A DNA stretch of 63,460 nucleotides, counting the filler, from Actinomycetota bacterium (GTDB lineage: Bacteria; Actinomycetota; CADDZG01; JAHWKV01; JAOPZY01): NCBI GenBank assembly GCA_025963875.1. It is 8 parts of 8 records of this genome, joined end to end, with 100 filler letters (N's around TTAATTAATTAA, not from the genome) between each part and the next. Parts side by side here need not be neighbours in the genome. Positions count along the whole stretch, not along the records: positions 1 to 15,095 come from JAOPZY010000134.1; 7 more parts are not named here. One strand, written 5' to 3'. Each line of letters begins with the position of its first letter. Within the stretch, counting starts at the first letter, position 1. Of this stretch, positions 1 through 9,140 are shown piece by piece. The notes beneath the pieces were generated by a model. The model did not search any database and was not told where the DNA came from. It saw nothing but the letters and a program-made list of their open reading frames with translations. A program made the translations under genes and the position numbers.

Positions 1-1
1 C

Positions 2-226
2 GGCCACGTAGACGGTGTCGTGACCGGTGAAGGCCGCCCCGGTGAGGCCGTTGCGCCCGGTCGGTGCGTAGTCCCAGGCAACCACGTCGGCGGCGATGTA
101 GTACGTGCGCTCGATGCCCGGGCCAGATGCCGCCCCCTGAAGCTCCATGACGTGCGGAGCGTGGGTGCAGGCCGCAGCCAGGATGACAACTGCAACCACT
201 ATCCCTGCCAACCGTCGCAAGGTCAT
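2..226 (-). CDS. Multicopper oxidase-like lipoprotein, N-terminal part (runs off window start)
   Basis: Manual translation MTLRRLAGIVVAVVILAAACTHAP...RTYYIAADVVAWDYAPTGRN: lipobox LAAC plus the YYIAA..WDYAP motif of ceruloplasmin-like cupredoxin domains. Not in the ORF track. Confidence 0.7.
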   Translation of the reverse strand, partial: MTLRRLAGIVVAVVILAAACTHAPHVMELQGAASGPGIERTYYIAADVVAWDYAPTGRNGLTGAAFTGHDTVYVA

Positions 227-347
227 CCCGCCCGCGACGGCTCGGCCCTCACCTGGCTGCTCTGAAAGACTCAAACACGACGGGCGCGATGTTAGGCCAG
301 CCTAAGTTGTGATGTCAAGCCACCTTAATAACCGCGATTAAGAGAGC

Positions 348-821
348 CTAAGGGTCGGGGCGGCCGGAAATTTGCTCGCTCGTTGCCCCTTCGGAGCCCA
401 AAGGCTCTCCGTGATACCTGCCGAAGTACTCCATGTCGTGGGCCCCGTGGCGCGCCAGTACCTCTGCGACTCGGGTCTTCCGGCGCTCGTCGGCGGGGAC
501 CGCGATCAGGAACCGTCCCGCCGCAAGCTCGCGGGCATACCGCTCCCTTTCCTCGGGTTCGTCGCCGAGCGTGTGCTCGGCGAACCGGTAGAGCGCGCCC
601 ACAGGCCCGGGCCGTCGGTCTGCGGCTTCGACTCGGGCGGCCCCTTCGGCTCCACACAGCACGACGATGTCCTCTTGGCTGTAGCCCTCTCCAATCAGGT
701 CCTGGATCGCCGCGGTCACCTGGCTGGGGTCGTCGACGACGCCGAGGACGCGATCGTCGTCGCGAGGAGTAAGGAAGGTCTCCGGCGGCTCGTGGAGCCA
801 GATCTGGTCGTTCGGATCCAT
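348..821 (-). CDS. Hypothetical protein, general-stress/YflT-like fold
   Basis: 157 aa; pattern GVVDD..A.AAIQDL..GY....I.VL and Y.REL.AG.FLIAV typical of this small ferredoxin-like group. Confidence 0.5.
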   Translation of the reverse strand: MDPNDQIWLHEPPETFLTPRDDDRVLGVVDDPSQVTAAIQDLIGEGYSQEDIVVLCGAEGAARVEAADRRPGPVGALYRFAEHTLGDEPEERERYARELAAGRFLIAVPADERRKTRVAEVLARHGAHDMEYFGRYHGEPLGSEGATSEQISGRPDP

Positions 822-989
822 CAGGGGAACCTCTTCTTGGTCAGGGGAACGGTCATTCTACTGGAACCTCTCGACAGAGGCCTGCTCGCCACATTTCCAC
901 CCGCCCGGGACGCGGGTCCCGATGGTCGTGATGAAGTGCGGACGCCGGATTGGCGGCGAAACGCCGCCGATCTGCGATAGAAGGAACGC

Positions 990-3110
990 ATGCCTTCGGA
1001 CGCCCGGGTGTCGAACGCCGTACCGGACCTTCTCACCGCTCCCAGGTCCATTCCTTCCAGGCTCTGGGAGAGGCTCGTCGCACCGCTTCCCACGCCGGGC
1101 GCCGGTCTGGCCGAAACCCCGCTGCCCACCACCGGGGACAAGCTCCGCCTGTTCGGCCTGAGCTTCCTGATGCTCTTCGTGGAGCTGGCCCTGATCCGGT
1201 GGACCGGTGCCAACGTCCTCTACCTCTCCTACTTCTCCAATTTCGTTCTGCTCGGCAGCTTCCTCGGCATCGGGCTCGGCTTCCTCCGTCCGACCATCTG
1301 CGGCGCCAGCCTCTTCGCCTTCGCCGCCCCGCTCCTGGCCGGCGCCGTGGCGTACGTCCACTTCTACCCGGTGCAGATCGACCGGACGAGCAGCCAGATC
1401 ATTTACTTCGGCCACTTCGTCCCGACGGGCATGCCGATCTGGGTCACGCTGCCCTTCATCTTCCTGGCCGCCGCCATGGTGATGGCCACGATCGCCTCCG
1501 GCGTGGCTCAGACCTTCGTGCGCTTCAAGCCGCTCGATGCCTACCGCCTCGACATCGTCGGCAGCATCGCGGGCATCGCCGCCTTCACGGCGCTCTCGCT
1601 GTTCCAGGCCCCGCCACTTGCCTGGGGCCTCGTCGCGTCGCTGGGGTTCGTCGCGGTGCTCGGCTCGTCGCTCCGTCCGCTCCAGGTCGTCGCGATCACC
1701 GTGCTCCTTCTGCTGTTGGGGATGGAGTCCGCCGCGGCGCACACCAAGTGGTCGCCCTACTACAAGGTGACGTGGGGAGGCAGCGGCCGCTTCGTCGGCG
1801 TGAGCGTGAACGGCATCCCCCACCAGGTCATCACCTCGGTGCAGACGCGCAGGGAGACCGAGCCGATCTATTTCCTCCCGTACGAGCGCACGCCCGGACT
1901 GAAGCTCGACAACGTCCTGATCGTGGGCGCGGGCACCGGCACCGACGTCGCCATCGCGCTCTCCCAGGGGGCACGCCACGTCGACGCGGTGGAGATCGAC
2001 CCGCAGATCTACCGGCTCGGCAGGCAACTCAACCCGGCCCGGCCGTACCAGGATCCCCGCGTGTCGATCCACATCGACGACGGGCGGGCCTTCATCCAGC
2101 GGACCAACCAGCGGTACGACCTCGTCATCTTCGCCCTGCCGGACTCCCTGACGCTCGTCTCGGGCCAGTCGTCCCTCCGGCTGGAGAGCTACCTGTTCAC
2201 CAAGGAGGCCATGAGCCGGGTGCGCGGGCTCCTGCAGCCGGACGGGGTCTTCGGCATGTACAACTTCTACCGGGAGTCGTGGCTGGTGGACCGCCTCGCC
2301 ACCACGTTGCAGCTCGTCTACGGGCGGCCGCCCTGCGTGGATGTCGTGGGCAACTTCGGGCACGAGGCCCTCTTCCTCGCCGGCAGGACACCCACCGCCG
2401 TGACGTGCCCCGCCACGTGGACGGCGACCACCCGCTTCACCCAGCCCGCGACGGACAACGAACCTTTCCTGTACCTGAAGCAGCGCGGTATCCCGACCCT
2501 GTACTGGAAGACGTTGCTGCTCATCCTGGCCGTCGCCCTGGTGGCCGTCTGGGGGTACGCAGGCAGGCTCCGCAGCGGCCGGCAGTACACCGACCTGTTC
2601 TTCATGGGCGCCGCCTTCCTCCTGCTGGAGACCAAGAGCGTCGTGCAGTTCGCGCTCCTCTTCGGCACGACCTGGCTGGTCAACGCACTCGTCTTCGCCG
2701 GCGTCCTCATCTCGGTGCTGGCGGCGGTGGAAGTCTCACGCCGCGTCACCTTCCGGCGGCCGGCATGGCTCTATCTCTGGCTGCTGATCGCCCTGGCGGT
2801 CGCTTGGGCGGTGCCGCCGGACACGCTCCTGCGCTTCGGCCCGGTGCTGCGCTTCGCCCTTGCGGTCCTGCTGGCGGGGGCGCCGATCTTCCTGGCCAAC
2901 CTGGCCTTCTCGCAGCGCTTCAAGGACGTGGCGACATCGGCAACCGCCTTCGGCATGAACCTGCTCGGGGCCATCCTGGGCGGGGCGCTGGAGTACTCGG
3001 CCCTCGTCGTCGGCTACCGAGCCCTGGCGCTGCTTGCCGCCGCCCTCTACGGGCTGGCATTCCTCTTCGGACGCAGCCACCTGCGAGGGGGCGTGCCGAC
3101 CCGCGGATGA
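990..3110 (+). CDS. Membrane-fused spermidine synthase-like SAM-dependent protein
   Basis: N- and C-terminal multi-TM regions flank VLIVGAGTGTD, VDAVEIDP, DDGRAF and YDLVIF motifs. Confidence 0.8.
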   Translation: MPSDARVSNAVPDLLTAPRSIPSRLWERLVAPLPTPGAGLAETPLPTTGDKLRLFGLSFLMLFVELALIRWTGANVLYLSYFSNFVLLGSFLGIGLGFLRPTICGASLFAFAAPLLAGAVAYVHFYPVQIDRTSSQIIYFGHFVPTGMPIWVTLPFIFLAAAMVMATIASGVAQTFVRFKPLDAYRLDIVGSIAGIAAFTALSLFQAPPLAWGLVASLGFVAVLGSSLRPLQVVAITVLLLLLGMESAAAHTKWSPYYKVTWGGSGRFVGVSVNGIPHQVITSVQTRRETEPIYFLPYERTPGLKLDNVLIVGAGTGTDVAIALSQGARHVDAVEIDPQIYRLGRQLNPARPYQDPRVSIHIDDGRAFIQRTNQRYDLVIFALPDSLTLVSGQSSLRLESYLFTKEAMSRVRGLLQPDGVFGMYNFYRESWLVDRLATTLQLVYGRPPCVDVVGNFGHEALFLAGRTPTAVTCPATWTATTRFTQPATDNEPFLYLKQRGIPTLYWKTLLLILAVALVAVWGYAGRLRSGRQYTDLFFMGAAFLLLETKSVVQFALLFGTTWLVNALVFAGVLISVLAAVEVSRRVTFRRPAWLYLWLLIALAVAWAVPPDTLLRFGPVLRFALAVLLAGAPIFLANLAFSQRFKDVATSATAFGMNLLGAILGGALEYSALVVGYRALALLAAALYGLAFLFGRSHLRGGVPTRG

Positions 3111-3120
3111 AGCCGGCTCT

Positions 3121-3531
3121 TCAGGCTGGCAGGGCCACCATGCGACAGGGGATCTCGGCGTCCTCGTCGAGTTGGTAGCTGGCGCAGATGCGGTGGTACC
3201 CATCGGCCACCGCCAGACGGTGGCGCCCAAGCTCCCCGCGAACCAGCAGGACCGGTGACAACGCCTTGCCGTCCTTGACCTTCTTGAGGTCCTTTGCCAC
3301 CTCTGGATCATCGGCCGGCAGCAACGGCAAGGCGCTCGCTCGCAGCAGGTCGTTGGCCCGATGGCGCAGAACCGGAGCCTTCTCGAGGAGGCGGGCGATC
3401 GTCTGGGACCTCTCGTCATCCATCAGGAGGCTGAGGTAACGAGCGGCTGCTGGGTAATCGGATTCGTCTGGTTCGGTCTTCCAATGCTCGTGTTCGCCCA
3501 ATGGTCCTCTCCCGATCGGTGGTTCTTCCAC
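3121..3531 (-). CDS. Small hypothetical protein, ParB/sulfiredoxin-N-like
   Basis: PVLLVR...VADGYHR motif. Confidence 0.5.
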   Translation of the reverse strand: MEEPPIGRGPLGEHEHWKTEPDESDYPAAARYLSLLMDDERSQTIARLLEKAPVLRHRANDLLRASALPLLPADDPEVAKDLKKVKDGKALSPVLLVRGELGRHRLAVADGYHRICASYQLDEDAEIPCRMVALPA

Positions 3532-3614
3532 ATTTCGGTATACATGGTTGAACGCGTCCGGCGACGGAACACTCCGGGGATGTATGCGCCAACGTCGCCC
3601 TCAGGTCCTCACCG

Positions 3615-6600
3615 TTGCCCGCCGTGCGCCTGAATCAGCTTTTCCAGCCCGTTGGGGCGCTGACCGAGCGTGCGGCCGCATCCCTCCAGGGCCGGAAAAG
3701 CCGCCGCACGTGGGTCGGGAACGGCCGTGCCCACATCGAAGTACGCGGTCTCTCCGGTCCGCGCTCCGAGGAGGTGGCGGCGAGTCTCAAGGCAAAACTC
3801 GAGCGGTTGCGAGGCGTGCACTGGGCTGAGGTGAACGTCGCGCTCGGCCGCGCCATCGTGGCGATCGACAGTGACGAACCGGACGTGGGGGACCTCATCG
3901 AGGCCATCGAAGCCGTCGAGGCCGCCCTGGGCGTGCACAAGGAGCGCTTCCCCTACGATCGTCCGGAGCACCCCGCAGACATCGAGCCGCTACATCGCAA
4001 CCTCACGGCGATGGCGGCTGACGTCATCGGGCTGGGCGTCAGCACGTCGGCGAGCCTGATGCATGCGGTGCCGATCCCCGGCGAAGTGGCTGCGATCGCA
4101 TCCTTCATCGACAGCCAGCCCCGGCTTCGGCGGTTGGTGAGCGAGGCGGTGGGGCCACCCGTGGCCGACCTGGCGCTGGCACTGGGGAGTGCCTTCGCCC
4201 AAGGGCTCGGACAAGGTCCGATTGGACTGGTCGTGGATCTTGCCCATCGCTCGAATCAGGTGGCGGAGGTCGTCGCCCGCCGGCGAGTCTGGGCGTTGCG
4301 GGAGCCGGAACTGCAGGCCAAGCCGGCATGGGCCCGAGCCGAGAGCACTGCGGTTGCCGCTGCACCCCCCGGTCGACCCGTCCCGCTTCCCGGCGGCCCG
4401 GTGGAGCGATGGGCCGACCGGACATCGCTTGCCTCCCTGGGGGCCTGTGGGGTTGCCGCCGCCGCCACCAGGGACCCGCGCCGCGCCGCGAGCGTCACCC
4501 TTGCAGGAATGCCGAAGGCCGGGAGGCTGGGTCGGGAGGCCTTCGCGGCGCAGCTCGGGCGGGTCCTGGCGGCCCGCGGCGTCGTGCCGTTCGATTCCCG
4601 TCGCCTGCGGCTCCTGGACCGGGTGGACACCGTGATGCTGGAGGCCGCAGCGGTGCTCACGGGGGCCCAGGTGGTTGGCCGGGTCATCCCTGTGGAAGGC
4701 GACGGCAGCGCCCGGCAGGACATCCTCACCGCCAGGGTGTATCGCTTGTACAGCGGCCGGGAAACGACAACCGTCCGGCGGCGGGGACGGTGGTCGCTCG
4801 GCCCCCTCGAATCTCTGGACGCCACCTTGCCGCGCGGCACGAAGTCGTCGGCTGCCCGTGCAGCCCAGAGCTGCGACGCGGTCCTCGGTCTTGCCTACGG
4901 AGGTCGCCTCGCGGCGCTTGTCACCGTCGAGTCCGAGCTGGACCCCCTTGCGGAGGAGCTTGCGGGCGCCATCCGCCGGGCCGGGCATTTTTTCGTCGTC
5001 GCCGGAACGACCGGTGCTGTTGCGCAGCGGCTCCACGCCGACCGGAGGACTGCCGCCGGCAAGCGCCTGCGGTTCGCAGTCCAGGACCTGCAAGGCGAGG
5101 GGAGGGTCGTGGCGCTGCTTGCCACACGTGGTGGCGAGGCGCTCAGGGCCGCCGATTGCGGGGTCGGCATTCTTACTCCAGGCAAACCCCCGCCCTGGGG
5201 AGCGCACCTGATGTGTGGTCCCGGCCTGGCAGCTGCCCACCTGGTCGTCGAAGCGACGACCTCTGCCGTCCGGGCGAGTCGTCGGAGCGCCGGACTGGCC
5301 GTTGCAGGGTCTGCGGTGGGGGGCGTTCTTGCCCTGTCCGGTGCGAGGGGGCAGGCCGCCCGGCGCGCCGTTCTTCCTGTCAACGGAGCCGCCTTGGCGG
5401 CGGTTGCGTGGGGAGCCTGGGACGGCGTCCAGCTGGGCCGCAGGCCCGACCCCGTCCCGGCAGAGACAACGCCGTGGCATGCCGTGCCGTGGGACGCGGT
5501 CCTGCGCAAGCTCGGGACATCACCGGAAGGCCTGGCGCCCGACGAGGTCCGGCGGCGCCGAAGCGGATCCGCCTGGGCGGCCCGCGGCCAGCCCCCGGGC
5601 CTCGCGGCCACGATTGTCGACGAGCTCGCCAACCCGTTGACGCCCGTGCTCGCGGCGGGGGCCGGGCTGGCAGCCGCCGCCGGCTCCCCCATGGATGCCG
5701 GGCTCGTCGGCGGCGTCATGGTGGGCAACGCCGTGTTCTCGGCCCTCTACCGCCGGCGGACCTTCGCATCCCTTCGCCGGCTGGTGCCAGCCGAGGAGAC
5801 GCAGGTGCTCGTCCGGCGGTCAGGGCCGGCGTCCATGGTCCCCGCGACCCAGCTTGTGGTCGGTGACGTCGTCGAGCTCGAGGCGGGTGCGGTCGTGCCG
5901 GCCGATCTCCGCCTGCTGGACGCGACCGCCCTCGAGGTGGACGAGTCGTCCCTCACCGGGGAATCCCTTCCCGTGCCGAAGTCCCCCGCCCCCGTCCCAG
6001 ACGTTCCGGTGGCCGAGCGGAGCTCCATGCTCTACGAGGGAACGACCATTGCCGCTGGATCCGCCGTCGGCGCCGTGGTTGCTCTCTTTCCCGCTACCGA
6101 GATCGGGAGGAGCGTGGCCCTGGCCCACGAGAGGGCCGGGCCGCCGCTGGGCGTGCAGGCCCGGCTCCGGTCGATCACCAACCTGACGCTTCCCATCTCG
6201 CTTGCAGGCAGCGCCGCACTGATCGCCAATGGTCTGCTGCGCGGGCGGCCCTTCCGGGAGGCGCTCGGGGATGGCGTGAGTCTCGGCGTCGCGGCCGTAC
6301 CCGAGGGACTCCCCTTCGTCGCCAATGCCGCGGCGTTCGCCGGCGCGAGGCGGCTCTCGTCACGGGGCGCTCTGGTCGCCAACCCGGAGGCCCTCGAGAC
6401 GCTGGGGAGGGTCGATGTCCTGTGTTTCGACAAGACCGGCACACTGACCCTCGGCAAGCTCAGCGTTCGGCTGGTCTCCGACGGGGTCACGGACCTGCCA
6501 CCGCAGCAGCTGGTGCAACCCCACCGTGAACTCCACCGGGCGGTCCTCGCTGCCGGCGTCCGCGCCAGCCCTCCGGCCGGTGGCCCGAGGCCACCGCATG

Positions 6601-8117
6601 CCACAGATCGGGCAGTGCTCCGAGCGGCGCGCGAGGCCGGGGTCGATCCCTCCACCGGGCTCTCGCGGTGGACCCGGATCGGCGAGGTTCCCTTCGAGCC
6701 CGCCCGAGGGTTGCACACGACCGTTGGGGAATCGGGTTCCCGCAGGCTCATCAGCGTCAAGGGCGCCCCCGAGCGGGTCCTGGAGCTGTGCACGAGCTGG
6801 CGAAGCCCGGATGGGGACGTGCCGCTGGATCGCCGTCAACGGCGGATGGTCGAGGCCCACGTCGAACATCTGGCCAGGCGCGGTTTTCGGGTGCTGGCGG
6901 TGGCGGAACGGGCGGACGCCCGACCGGATGCACCGGTCAACGGCTCACGCTCGGCCCCCGATCACCTCCCCGATCTTGTCCCCAGGGACCTGCGGCTTCT
7001 TGGTTTGCTTGCCCTTGCCGACGAGGCGCGCGACACGGCCGCGCCCGCCATCGCCGCCCTGGGAAGGGCAGGCGTCGCGGTGCGGATGATCACCGGCGAC
7101 CATCCGACGACGGCGGCCGCCGTGGCAAAGGAGCTGGGCATCCTGAACGGCGGAGCCGTGCTCACCGGTGCCCAGCTCGATGGGCTGACCGACGACGAGC
7201 TCGCCGCCAGGCTGCCGGAGGCGACGGTCTTCGCAAGGGTCACGCCGACCCAGAAGGTGAGGATCGTCGAGGCCCTCCAGCGTTCGGGGCGGCGTGTTGC
7301 GATGACCGGCGACGGCGCCAACGATGCACCGGCGATCCGGCTGGCTGCGGTTGGCTTCGCGGTCGGAGACCGCGCCACGCCGGCTGCTCGCGACGCCGCC
7401 GACGTCGTGATCGTCGGCGACGAGTTGGAGACCATCATCGACGCGATCGTCGAGGGACGGGCCATGTGGGCCTCGCTCCGTGACGCCCTGGCCATCCTCC
7501 TCGGCGGCAACCTCGGCGAGATCGCCTTCGAGCTGACCGGGAGCGCGCTCACCGGCCACTCCCCGCTGAACCCACGCCAGCTCCTGCTGACCAACCTGCT
7601 GACCGACCTCGGTCCCGCCCTCGCCATCGCACTCCAGCCGCCCCGTGACCGCCCGACGGAGGAGCTGCTGCGGGAGGGACCGGATGCTTCGCTGGGGCGG
7701 TCGCTCAACCGCCAGATCGTTCTCCGAGCCGTGTCGACGGCGGCGGCCGCGACGGGGGCCTGGGTCGTGGCACGTCCCACGGGACGCAGGCGATCGGCGA
7801 CGGTGGGCCTCGCCGCCCTTGTCGGGGCCCAGCTGGGGCAGACGCTCGTCGCAGGCCGTCGGAGCCCCCTGGTGATCGGGACGGTCGCCGTCTCGGGAGC
7901 TGCCCTTTTCGCAGTGGTCCAGACGCCGGGGGTCAGCCAATTCTTCGGCTGCACACCGCTTGGGCCCGCCGAGTGGGCGACGGCCGCCGGTGCCGCCGGG
8001 ATAGCCACGTTCGGATCGATCGCGCTTCCCTGGGCGGCCTCCAGAGTGAGATCCTTGGGGCACCGCCGCCCGAGGAATGGACATTCTCCAGGCGGGTATC
8101 CCGATGCAGACGGATGA
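3615..8117 (+). CDS. Large cation-transporting P-type ATPase (CtpH/CtpI-like)
   Basis: 1500 aa; LTGES, AVPEGLP, DKTGT, KGAPE, MITGD and MTGDGAND motifs; long N-terminal extension. Confidence 0.92.
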   Translation: MPAVRLNQLFQPVGALTERAAASLQGRKSRRTWVGNGRAHIEVRGLSGPRSEEVAASLKAKLERLRGVHWAEVNVALGRAIVAIDSDEPDVGDLIEAIEAVEAALGVHKERFPYDRPEHPADIEPLHRNLTAMAADVIGLGVSTSASLMHAVPIPGEVAAIASFIDSQPRLRRLVSEAVGPPVADLALALGSAFAQGLGQGPIGLVVDLAHRSNQVAEVVARRRVWALREPELQAKPAWARAESTAVAAAPPGRPVPLPGGPVERWADRTSLASLGACGVAAAATRDPRRAASVTLAGMPKAGRLGREAFAAQLGRVLAARGVVPFDSRRLRLLDRVDTVMLEAAAVLTGAQVVGRVIPVEGDGSARQDILTARVYRLYSGRETTTVRRRGRWSLGPLESLDATLPRGTKSSAARAAQSCDAVLGLAYGGRLAALVTVESELDPLAEELAGAIRRAGHFFVVAGTTGAVAQRLHADRRTAAGKRLRFAVQDLQGEGRVVALLATRGGEALRAADCGVGILTPGKPPPWGAHLMCGPGLAAAHLVVEATTSAVRASRRSAGLAVAGSAVGGVLALSGARGQAARRAVLPVNGAALAAVAWGAWDGVQLGRRPDPVPAETTPWHAVPWDAVLRKLGTSPEGLAPDEVRRRRSGSAWAARGQPPGLAATIVDELANPLTPVLAAGAGLAAAAGSPMDAGLVGGVMVGNAVFSALYRRRTFASLRRLVPAEETQVLVRRSGPASMVPATQLVVGDVVELEAGAVVPADLRLLDATALEVDESSLTGESLPVPKSPAPVPDVPVAERSSMLYEGTTIAAGSAVGAVVALFPATEIGRSVALAHERAGPPLGVQARLRSITNLTLPISLAGSAALIANGLLRGRPFREALGDGVSLGVAAVPEGLPFVANAAAFAGARRLSSRGALVANPEALETLGRVDVLCFDKTGTLTLGKLSVRLVSDGVTDLPPQQLVQPHRELHRAVLAAGVRASPPAGGPRPPHATDRAVLRAAREAGVDPSTGLSRWTRIGEVPFEPARGLHTTVGESGSRRLISVKGAPERVLELCTSWRSPDGDVPLDRRQRRMVEAHVEHLARRGFRVLAVAERADARPDAPVNGSRSAPDHLPDLVPRDLRLLGLLALADEARDTAAPAIAALGRAGVAVRMITGDHPTTAAAVAKELGILNGGAVLTGAQLDGLTDDELAARLPEATVFARVTPTQKVRIVEALQRSGRRVAMTGDGANDAPAIRLAAVGFAVGDRATPAARDAADVVIVGDELETIIDAIVEGRAMWASLRDALAILLGGNLGEIAFELTGSALTGHSPLNPRQLLLTNLLTDLGPALAIALQPPRDRPTEELLREGPDASLGRSLNRQIVLRAVSTAAAATGAWVVARPTGRRRSATVGLAALVGAQLGQTLVAGRRSPLVIGTVAVSGAALFAVVQTPGVSQFFGCTPLGPAEWATAAGAAGIATFGSIALPWAASRVRSLGHRRPRNGHSPGGYPDADG

Positions 8118-8146
8118 GCCGGAACTCAACCGAGGAGTGGCAACCA

Positions 8147-8556
8147 TGGCGACGACCAACGAGCAACCCAAGGAATCCCGACCGCGCGGGCGGGTGATCC
8201 CCCTGCCAGGGCTGCCGGCACTGCCCCACCTGCCGGCACTGCCCCACCTGCCGGCCCTGCCCGGTATCCGGCAGCTCTCCTGGTTGCGGCCGCAGGTCAA
8301 GCTCCCGTCCCGGGACAAGATGTTGCTCTACGCCGGCCTTGGCGCGATGGCTGCCATCGACCTCATCGACTGGCCGGTCGCCGCCGCCATTGCCATGGCG
8401 CAGGTGCTCACCAGCTCGGGCTCTCGATCGCAGTCCCTGCCCGAGGTCTCCGTGCATCGGAGCGAGGCCCCGGCAGGGGACAAGGCGCCAGCAGCGGCGG
8501 CCCCATCGCCTGCGCGGAAGGCGCATTCTCGGCGGCCACGCGCACAGCAGACGTAG
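8147..8556 (+). CDS. Small membrane protein associated with CtpH-type ATPase
   Basis: GGAG RBS; TM segment YAGLGAMAAIDLIDWPVA followed by an Ala/Pro/Lys-rich tail; start codon uncertain. Confidence 0.6.
8212..8262 (+). repeat. 18-bp in-frame tandem repeat encoding LPALPH
   Basis: ctgccggcactgccccac present twice plus a partial third copy. Confidence 0.75.
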
Positions 8557-8563
8557 AAGGGCG

Positions 8564-8818
8564 TCAGACCCCGGACTCGGCGCCACTGGCGAGCTCGGCG
8601 ATCGCCTTGTTGTGAACGTTGTCGGCGATGAGATGCCCGACGCCGATGATCAACGCCAGCTCCCAGTCGACGAGCTCGAAAGCAGCCATGAGCCCGAGGC
8701 CCGCGTACCAGGCCAGCCGCTCGGGCTTGGGCAAGCAAACCCGCAGTCCGATCACCGGTAGGGTGACGTACGACCCGAACGCCGCCGTGCCGTCGGTCCC
8801 GTTGTCGCGTTGCGCCAC
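8564..8818 (-). CDS. Small membrane protein resembling mycobacterial Rv0424c-type ctpH neighbours
   Basis: LPVIG...PKPERLAWYAGLGLMAAFELVDW..ALIIGVGH..A.N.HN pattern; GGAGG RBS; family match from memory. Confidence 0.65.
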   Translation of the reverse strand: MAQRDNGTDGTAAFGSYVTLPVIGLRVCLPKPERLAWYAGLGLMAAFELVDWELALIIGVGHLIADNVHNKAIAELASGAESGV

Positions 8819-9015
8819 ATCCGCCTCCTTTTACTCCAATGTCCAGGTCTGATCTACCCGTTCGTCTACGAGCCTGGGCACGCCGCCGGCTGTTTGCCGA
8901 ATTTTCGCGAAACCGTCGCGTCCCATTCACACAACCTTCAGACCCCCGTCACCTGGGGTCCCTACCGTTGATGTTCTGGAGAATGCCGCGTGAAGCCAAA
9001 CGGAAGGGGCTCGTC

Positions 9016-9117
9016 GTGGAAGAGTTGGTTGTGCAGGTGCTCATCGAAGTCGCGGTCGCCGTCGTCGCCCTCCTCTTCGGACAGCTGCTCAAGAAGATCG
9101 GCCTCGTGCCTGCCTGA
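9016..9117 (+). CDS. Putative 33-aa single-TM microprotein
   Basis: GGAAGGGG RBS, GTG start; MEELVVQVLIEVAVAVVALLFGQLLKKIGLVPA with GC3-rich codons. Confidence 0.5.
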   Translation: MEELVVQVLIEVAVAVVALLFGQLLKKIGLVPA

Positions 9118-9140
9118 GGCGGGGTACGCCACCGCCTCTG

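Noticed and set aside
858..2363. Long antisense or alternate-frame ORFs (also 57511-59184, 60125-61639, 50841-52379 and many others)
   Set aside because: Shadows of real high-GC genes; Arg/Pro/Gly-rich with no recognisable motifs.
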